The notes beneath the pieces were generated by a model. The model saw only the letters and a list, made by a program, of their open reading frames with translations. It did not search any database and was not told where the DNA came from. Source: an uncultured Planctomycetota bacterium (GTDB lineage Bacteria; Planctomycetota; Planctomycetia; Isosphaerales; Isosphaeraceae). Taken from it: a stretch of 64,000 bases of DNA. The translations under genes were made by a program, and so were the position numbers. Where the stretch lies: NCBI GenBank assembly GCA_963845755.1, contig CAWJTV010000036.1, positions 1-64,000 of the forward strand. The letters are read 5' to 3'. Positions 57,527-64,000 of this stretch are shown piece by piece (within the stretch, counting starts at the first letter, position 1; each line of letters opens with the position of its first letter).

Positions 57527-58567
57527 ATGCGACGGTCTGCACTCTCCGCGACCGTGGGGTTCATTCTCGGGGCCACCGTGACGGTTGCGGCTGACGACCT
57601 CGTTCCGCCAGAGGCCAGGTTGGAGTTGCTCTACACCCGAGCCGCCCCGATCCGAGGGGGACTGACGGAAGGCGTCGCCGCCGCGCCGGACGGCACGATG
57701 TACTTCTCGGAGATCCCCTTCGGTGAAGACAAAGGCATGATCATGCGGTTCGACCCACGCACGAAGTTGACCTCGGTCTTCGCCCAGGACAGTCACAAGT
57801 CGAACGGCCTGATGTTCGACGCCAAGGGCTTCCTCATCGCCTGCGAGGGCTCCGACGGCGGTGGCCGCGGCGTGGTGCGCTGGGACGTGAAGACCGGCGA
57901 GCGACGGGTCATCGCCGACCGTTTCGAAGGCAAGCGATTCAACGCCTGCAACGACCTTTGCATCGACGAGAAAGGGCGAATCTATTTCACCGACCCGCGT
58001 TACCTGGGCACCGAACCTCGCGAGCTGAAGTACCACGCCGTCTACCGGCTCGACACCGACGGGACCATCGTCGAGGTCACCCATGACGTCGAGAAGCCCA
58101 ACGGCATCGCGATCAGCCCCGACCAGAATTCACTCTATGTCGCCGATCACAACAATGGCACCGACCGGATCGACCCCACCGCCCCGAAGCCCAAACTTGG
58201 GGCGATGAAGGTCTATGCGTTTCCCCTCGGCTCGGACGGGCTCGTGAACGGCCCGCGGCGCACCCTCATCGACTTCGCCGACGAGGAAGGGAGTGACGGG
58301 ATGACCGTTGACACCGAGGGTCGAATCTACCTGGCCTCCCGTAAGCCGAGTCGCCCCGGCGTCCTCGTGATTGACCCGACCGGCAAGGAAGTGGCCTTCA
58401 TCAAGACCGGCGAGCCGCAGCAGGCCGCTCGCGAGCCCGTTGGCAACCCGAGCAATGTCGATTTTGGCATCGGCGACGATAAGAATGTGCTCTATATCAC
58501 CGTGGATAAGAGCCTTTACCGGATCCGTCTAAACGCGACCGGCTACCATCTCCCCTGGGCCGGTTGA
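57527..58567 (+). CDS. SMP-30/gluconolactonase/LRE family protein (secreted)
   Basis: LTEG, SNGLMFD, FNACNDL, IYFTDP, KPNGIAISPD, SDGMTVDTEG. Confidence 0.92.
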   Translation: MRRSALSATVGFILGATVTVAADDLVPPEARLELLYTRAAPIRGGLTEGVAAAPDGTMYFSEIPFGEDKGMIMRFDPRTKLTSVFAQDSHKSNGLMFDAKGFLIACEGSDGGGRGVVRWDVKTGERRVIADRFEGKRFNACNDLCIDEKGRIYFTDPRYLGTEPRELKYHAVYRLDTDGTIVEVTHDVEKPNGIAISPDQNSLYVADHNNGTDRIDPTAPKPKLGAMKVYAFPLGSDGLVNGPRRTLIDFADEEGSDGMTVDTEGRIYLASRKPSRPGVLVIDPTGKEVAFIKTGEPQQAAREPVGNPSNVDFGIGDDKNVLYITVDKSLYRIRLNATGYHLPWAG

Positions 58568-58592
58568 GGTCCATGGTGCGGGAGTTCGAGGC

Positions 58593-59589
58593 ATGAATCC
58601 TGAGAAAACCGTAAGCGACTGCGCCGCGATTCGCAGCGTCTGAAGGCTGGGGGATGTTGCCCGATGGGTGGCGTTTCGTCGAGGTGGCCGGCGTCGCGAC
58701 CGACTCGCACGACCGGGTCTTCGTTTTCAACCGGGGCGACCATCCCATCATCATCTTAGACCGCGAAGGCCGATTCATCGGCTCATGGGGAGAAAACCTC
58801 TTCGCGCGACCGCACGGGATCACGATCGGGCCTGACGATACGGTGTATTGCACCGACGATCTCGACCACACCGTGAAGATGTTCACGCCCGAGGGGAAAC
58901 CGGTGGGGATGCTGGGCAAGAGCGGATGTTCCTCGGACACGGGCGCCACCAGCATGGACTTCCGGACGATCTGCCGCGCCGGGCCGCCGTTCCATTATCC
59001 GACCAACCTGGCATTGGCCGCGGACGGTTCATTGTACATCGCCGATGGATATGGTAATGCGTGCGTCCATCGCTATACGCCTGATGGCGTACACCTCGCT
59101 TCATGGGGCGGGCCTGGCGGAGCACCTGGCGAGTTTCGGCTGCCGCACGGGATCGCCGTGGGGCCGGACGGCACGGTCGTCGTGGCCGACCGGGAGAACA
59201 GTCGCCTTCAGTTCTTCAGCCGCGACGGCTTCTTCCTCAAGGAATGGACCGACGTCGCGCGGCCCTGCCAGGTCCTCGTCGACACCGGCGGGCGCGTGTA
59301 CGTCGCGGAGCTGGGCTTCCGCGCGGGGATGTGGCCGGGTACGACCGCACCAACCCCGGACGCGCCCGGGGGACGGGTCAGCGTCTTCGATCCCGACGGC
59401 CGGCTGCTCGCCCGCTGGGGCGGTGGGTCAAACCCGTGTGCCCCCGGCGACTTCTACGCGCCCCATGACCTCTGCCTCGATTCGCGGGGCGACCTCTACG
59501 TCGGCGAAGTGACCTGGTCGGCGGGCGGCAATAGCGGCGCGGTTCCCGCCGACTGCCACTCGCTTCAGAAATTCGTCCGCCAGAGTTGA
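58593..59589 (+). CDS. NHL-repeat protein (peptidyl-alpha-hydroxyglycine alpha-amidating lyase family), probable indel near the start
   Basis: VFVFNRG, RPHGI, YIADGYGN, FRLPHGI, VADRENSRLQ, APHDL. Confidence 0.87.
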
Positions 59590-59695
59590 GGACGATACGG
59601 CTCATCGGGGCCCCACGTCGGGCGTCGAACGGATGGCCCCGCAGGGCTCGTCTTCTCAGTTCGATGAACAAAATGGCTTGAATCCTTACGATGGT

Positions 59696-59803
59696 ATGAG
59701 GGCCACCCTCGATCTCGACGACGGCGTGAAGGTCAACTACCGTAAGTTTGGCGACCTGCTGGCCGAAGTCTATGTCGTAACTGGTGGCGTCGATGAGGAT
59801 TGA
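59696..59803 (+). pseudogene. pglX: C-terminal stub of BREX-1 methyltransferase PglX
   Basis: Translates to MRATLDLDDGVKVNYRKFGDLLAEVYVVTGGVDED-stop; LDLDDGVKVNYxKFGDLLA matches my recollection of the conserved PglX C-terminus. Too short to appear in the ORF track. Confidence 0.75.
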
Positions 59804-59822
59804 GCTGCGAGACAGAACCGAG

Positions 59823-61001
59823 ATGAACATGCCCCTGAGAATCCTGAAAATCACGGCAAGGAATTTCAAGTCGCTCGTCGGGTTCGATATGGAGCTCGCG
59901 AAGTTCAACTGTTTGATCGGTCTCAACGGCGCCGGCAAGTCCACGGTCCTTCAGTTCATCGACTTCCTGGCTCAACTGGTTCGTGGCGACGTCAAGGGAT
60001 GGCTTAGTGAGCGGCACTGGAATCCCAAGGATCTTCATTCCCGGCTCTCCCCCCTCAAGAACATCCCTTTCGTCGTGACCTTGGTTTCGGAAGACGGGAA
60101 GTATCGGGGGTACTGGTCGGCGAGCTTCAACACAACGCGACTACATTGCACTGGGGAGATCATCCAATCGCGGGACGCCATTCTCAGGGTCCAGGAGGGA
60201 GAGCTCTTGATCGGCAACAGTCCTGATTTGGCGAACGTGGACGTCAACCTCAGGGAGACGATTGCGTTCAGTTATGAGGGATCAGTCTTATCCCAGCTAC
60301 GTGAGGAGATCCTCCCGCCGTCACTGATCGAGTTCAAGCGATTCTTCGCAGGCGTTCGGTCGCTCGATCTGCTCTCGCCGGAGAACTTACGTCAACGGAC
60401 CAGGGATGCGGGAGATTCGATCGGACGGGGTGGGAGGCGTTTGTCGGCGTTCGTCCATGAGCTGGGATCAGGTGGCCGGGAACAGCTCACTTCCCGATTG
60501 AAAAAGGCTTATCCCCACCTCGAGACCCTGGGAACCAAGGCTCTGCGCTCGGGTTGGAAACAATTGGAGATCCAGGAATCTTACGGCGGCAGGAAGTTGG
60601 TGACGGAGGCGAGGCATATCAATGACGGGATGCTCCGGCTCATCGCCATCCTCGCGGAGATCCAGGACGACCGCCATGAGTTCCTCCTGTTCGATGAAGT
60701 CGAGAACGGGATCAATCCGGAACTGGTCGAGTTCCTGCTCGACGCGCTCGTATCCGCTCCGCAGCAGGTGATGGTGACGACGCACAGTCCCGTGATCCTG
60801 AACTACCTGGATGACGAGATTGCCCGCGCCGGGGTGATCTACCTCTACAAGAACGAGTCGGGCGCCACGCGTGCGATTCGTTTCTTCTCGATCCCATCAC
60901 TGGCAGAGAAGTTGAAATTCATGGGCCCTGGCGAAGCGTTCGCGGATACCAACCTTACTGACCTGGCCGACGAGATCGCCCAGGTTGCCGCAGGACGATG
61001 A
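59823..61001 (+). CDS. ABC-superfamily AAA_21/AAA_15-type ATPase (defence-associated type)
   Basis: ARNFKSL, Walker A GLNGAGKST, signature-like INDGMLRL, Walker B LLFDEVENGIN, H-loop TTHSP; no TM segments. Confidence 0.88.
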   Translation: MNMPLRILKITARNFKSLVGFDMELAKFNCLIGLNGAGKSTVLQFIDFLAQLVRGDVKGWLSERHWNPKDLHSRLSPLKNIPFVVTLVSEDGKYRGYWSASFNTTRLHCTGEIIQSRDAILRVQEGELLIGNSPDLANVDVNLRETIAFSYEGSVLSQLREEILPPSLIEFKRFFAGVRSLDLLSPENLRQRTRDAGDSIGRGGRRLSAFVHELGSGGREQLTSRLKKAYPHLETLGTKALRSGWKQLEIQESYGGRKLVTEARHINDGMLRLIAILAEIQDDRHEFLLFDEVENGINPELVEFLLDALVSAPQQVMVTTHSPVILNYLDDEIARAGVIYLYKNESGATRAIRFFSIPSLAEKLKFMGPGEAFADTNLTDLADEIAQVAAGR

Positions 61002-61732
61002 GCATGTATTTCTTGCTGAGCGGAGAAGGGCCGAGCGACCTGGGAGTTTGTCGTGATGGTGCGGATCGTTGCGAGGGAGGAGTTCTGATCCATGGTCCCA
61101 TGGCGATGTTTATCGATCGGATTGTGAGCGGGCGGCACGCGTACTCCCTGCTCGACGCCGGGTGTTATGACTTCGTCTCAGAGCGAGGTCTCAGCACGCG
61201 AGCCGTCGAGTTGAAAGCGGCGCCCAAGGCACTCGGTTTGCCCGGTAAGAAACGTGCGAAAGAGACGCGGTACTTCTTCAACAATGCCCGGGTTCTGGCG
61301 AGGATCGCCGGAGAGTCAATGGTAGTCAAGCGAGACGACGTCGTCGCGATCCTCTTCAGGGACTCCGATGGCACGGCATCCGCCGGGCGGGGCCTTTGGG
61401 AGGATAAACGTCGATCCATGCTCGATGGTTTCGCGGAAGAGCGTTTCCCGCGCGGCGTGCCGATGATCCCCAAGCCCAAGTCGGAGGCGTGGTTGTTGTG
61501 TGCCCTCAAGCCCAACTCCTATCAGAGCTGCGCGGATCTGGAGGACCGGTCCGGCAACGACAACTCGCCGAATTCGCTCAAGAGAGAGCTGAATCAACGG
61601 CTGAGCGGCGATGCGCCTCTGGTCGAGGCGCTTTGTGGGATGATCGAAGATGGTACGATCGATGTTGATAGGATCCAGATGCATAGCTTTTTGGCGTTTC
61701 GTTCGCGTTTGGAAGAGGTGATTTCCCAGTGA
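60998..61732 (+). CDS. Putative TOPRIM-fold nuclease partner (DUF4276/RloB-like)
   Basis: LLSGEGPSD (EGxxD), ILFRDSDG (DxD), PKSEAWLL; ATGA overlap with the ATPase stop. Confidence 0.65.
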   Translation: MSMYFLLSGEGPSDLGVCRDGADRCEGGVLIHGPMAMFIDRIVSGRHAYSLLDAGCYDFVSERGLSTRAVELKAAPKALGLPGKKRAKETRYFFNNARVLARIAGESMVVKRDDVVAILFRDSDGTASAGRGLWEDKRRSMLDGFAEERFPRGVPMIPKPKSEAWLLCALKPNSYQSCADLEDRSGNDNSPNSLKRELNQRLSGDAPLVEALCGMIEDGTIDVDRIQMHSFLAFRSRLEEVISQ

Positions 61733-61845
61733 TGACAGATGACTCCTTACGAAGGCACAAAGCACACGCATCGATCCAGACATCCGGACACAACCGGACA
61801 TGCCGCGAACTGAAAGAAAACCGCGAGACGTCTCAGGAGTCGATC

Positions 61846-62937
61846 ATGAAAGCCTGGCGATTCCACGGTTTCGGCGACATGCGGCTCGACGAGGTCCCGG
61901 AGCTGGTTTGCCGGCCGGGCCACGTGATCGCCGAACCGCTCTGCGTGCAGCCCAGCGTCACCGAGGCCCAGCTCGCCTTCGGCATCCCGACCCTCGCCTA
62001 TGAGGCCATCAAACGCCGGCTCGAGACCGAGGCCCCCGTGCAGCTCTTCGGCCATGAGTTCTGCGCCCGAGTCGTCGAGGTTGGACCAGGCGTCACGCGG
62101 GTTCGGCCGGGCGATCGCGTGGCGGCGCGAGCGAAACTGCCCTGCGGCTCCTGCTCGTTCTGTCTCGACGGCAAGGACCACCTCTGCCGCAAGGGACCGA
62201 TCATCGGCTTCCAGCTTCCCGGCTGTTTCGCCGAGCGAGCCCTCCTCCCCGAGATCGCGCTGGTGCGCGTGGACGATCGGATCTCGGACAGCGAGGCCGC
62301 CTGCTTACAATCCCTCAGCGACAGCGTCGCGGCCGTCGAGACCGCCGGCATCGCCATCGGCGATTCCGTCGCGATCTACGGGCAAGGGAGCATGGGTCTG
62401 GAGTGCCTCCAGATCGCCCGCTCCAGCGGTGCCGGATTGATCGTCACCGTCGACGTGCGCGACGAATCCTGCCGGGTCTCTCGAGAACTTGGAGCGGACC
62501 TTGCCGTGAATGCCCGGGCCGACGATCCCGTCGCCGCCATCCAGCGGCTGACCGGCGGCAATGGCGCCGATGTCGTCTTCGAATGCGCGGGAGGGAGCCC
62601 GAAGCAGGGCCTCGCGGGCACTCGGTCGTTGATGCAGGCGATCGAGTCGGTCCGCTCCGGGGGCAAGCTTGTCGGTGTCTCCTGGTTCGGCGCTCCGCTG
62701 CAACTCGACGTCAACCTCCTGCGCGAGCGCAGCCTCCGATTTCTCTTTCCAGACATCAGCACGCTGGCCCACCTGGAACATACGGTCCGGCTGGTGGCCT
62801 CGGGTCGCGTGAGGCTGAAATCGACGATCACGCACGTCCTGTCCGGCCTTGAAACGGTTCCCCAGGCGTTCGAGATCACGGCGAACAAGGGGAAATACCA
62901 GGCGATCAACCCCGCGCAGGTGGTCCTATGTCAATAG
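61846..62937 (+). CDS. Zinc-binding (MDR) dehydrogenase, threonine/sorbitol-DH-like
   Basis: FGHEF, structural Zn cluster CGSCSFC..HLC, GQGSMG, DVVFECAG. Confidence 0.88.
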   Translation: MKAWRFHGFGDMRLDEVPELVCRPGHVIAEPLCVQPSVTEAQLAFGIPTLAYEAIKRRLETEAPVQLFGHEFCARVVEVGPGVTRVRPGDRVAARAKLPCGSCSFCLDGKDHLCRKGPIIGFQLPGCFAERALLPEIALVRVDDRISDSEAACLQSLSDSVAAVETAGIAIGDSVAIYGQGSMGLECLQIARSSGAGLIVTVDVRDESCRVSRELGADLAVNARADDPVAAIQRLTGGNGADVVFECAGGSPKQGLAGTRSLMQAIESVRSGGKLVGVSWFGAPLQLDVNLLRERSLRFLFPDISTLAHLEHTVRLVASGRVRLKSTITHVLSGLETVPQAFEITANKGKYQAINPAQVVLCQ

Positions 62938-64000
62938 GCGGATCGGACGCATCCCCGCGCCGCGAGATCCAGAGTCTGCGCGACCTGTCGCCGTACCAGT
63001 GGAAGTCCGGGATCGCCGCCTGGCTCGGCTGGCTGTTCGACGGCCTGGACATGCATCTATATGTCCTGGTCGCGGCCCCGTTTGTCGCCGAGCTGATCGG
63101 GGTGACCGACACGCGGAACGAGGTCGTCGGCTGGTACAGCTCATGGATCCAGGCTGCGTTCCTGGTCGGCTGGGCACTCGGCGGCGGCTTCTTCGGTCGC
63201 GTCGGCGACCTGATCGGCCGCAGCCGCACGCTCTGCCTGACGATCCTCACCTACGCGCTCTTTACCGGCCTGGCCTTCTTCGTGCAGACCTGGTGGCAAC
63301 TGCTCATCGTCCGATTCCTGGCCGCCCTCGGCATCGGCGGCGAGTGGGCGGTCGGCGCCTCGCTGCTGTCGGAGACGTGGCCTCGCCGCTGGCGTCCCTG
63401 GATCGCGGCCGTGCTCCAGAGCGGCGTCAACGTCGGAATCCTGCTGGCCTCGTGCGCGACGTTTCTGCTGGCGGGCCAGAACCCCCGCGTGGTCTTCCTG
63501 GTCGGCGTGCTGCCGGCCCTCCTTGTGTTATGGGTCCGCCGTGAGGTCCCCGAGACCGAGGAATGGCGAGCGGCCAAACGGCAGGCGACCGATGCGAGTC
63601 CGGGCATCGTCAACCTGTTCCGCGGCGAGGTCCGCCGCACGACCATCCTCACGATCCTGGTTTGCTCCGTGAGCCTGACAGCCCACTGGGCCTTCATTTT
63701 CTGGTACCAGCAACATTTGCGGAACCTGCCGGATGTGATCGACATGTCTCCCGTCCGGAAGAACGAACTGGCCAGCGTCGCCAACCTCCTGGTGATGGTG
63801 GCGTCCATCCTCGGCAACTTCCTCGCGGCGAAACTGGCCCTGGTGATGGGCTACCGGCGGTCGATCGCGCTCTTGTGCCTGGCTTACGGGCTGGCCATGG
63901 TCGCGATCTACATCGTGCCGCGCAGCCACACCACCTTGCTGGCCCTTCTTCCGATCATGGGCGCAGCGAGCGGCCTGTTCGCGCTCTTCACGATGTATCT
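62928..64000 (+). CDS. MFS transporter (partial, runs off the window)
   Basis: AAWLGWLFDGLD, FGRVGDLIGRSR, RFLAALGIGGEWAVGASLLSETWP. Confidence 0.9.
   Translation, partial: MSIGGSDASPRREIQSLRDLSPYQWKSGIAAWLGWLFDGLDMHLYVLVAAPFVAELIGVTDTRNEVVGWYSSWIQAAFLVGWALGGGFFGRVGDLIGRSRTLCLTILTYALFTGLAFFVQTWWQLLIVRFLAALGIGGEWAVGASLLSETWPRRWRPWIAAVLQSGVNVGILLASCATFLLAGQNPRVVFLVGVLPALLVLWVRREVPETEEWRAAKRQATDASPGIVNLFRGEVRRTTILTILVCSVSLTAHWAFIFWYQQHLRNLPDVIDMSPVRKNELASVANLLVMVASILGNFLAAKLALVMGYRRSIALLCLAYGLAMVAIYIVPRSHTTLLALLPIMGAASGLFALFTMY

Overview
High-GC window from a Planctomycetota bacterium, probably Isosphaeraceae-like. This is inferred from three DUF1549/DUF1553 cytochrome-c + DUF1501 gene pairs, a DUF1592/DUF1552 pair, LRR proteins, planctomycete-type Ser/Thr kinase and LEPR-XLL-type secreted proteins. 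Many genes are broken by single-base indels, most likely long-read assembly errors, so I rejoined frames by eye and the coordinates of rejoined genes are approximate. The window starts with tRNA-Leu(TAG), followed by catabolic and secreted-protein genes, several families of short palindromic (REP-like) repeats, and a redox/electrophile-stress block. A complete group IIA (mitochondrial-like class) intron lies at 44687-49641, and its EBS/IBS pairings can be read directly. Its RT/maturase/HNH ORF is interrupted by an IS21 element with a 7-bp target duplication. A ~4 kb gene encodes about 12 tandem ~103-aa repeats. Near the end is the best candidate for an uncharacterised system: a coupled ABC/AAA_21 ATPase + TOPRIM-like gene pair (PARIS-like architecture), directly preceded by an unannotated stub matching the C-terminus of BREX PglX. 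A Tyr/Trp/Pro-repeat secreted peptide is hidden behind a frameshift at 36796-37166.
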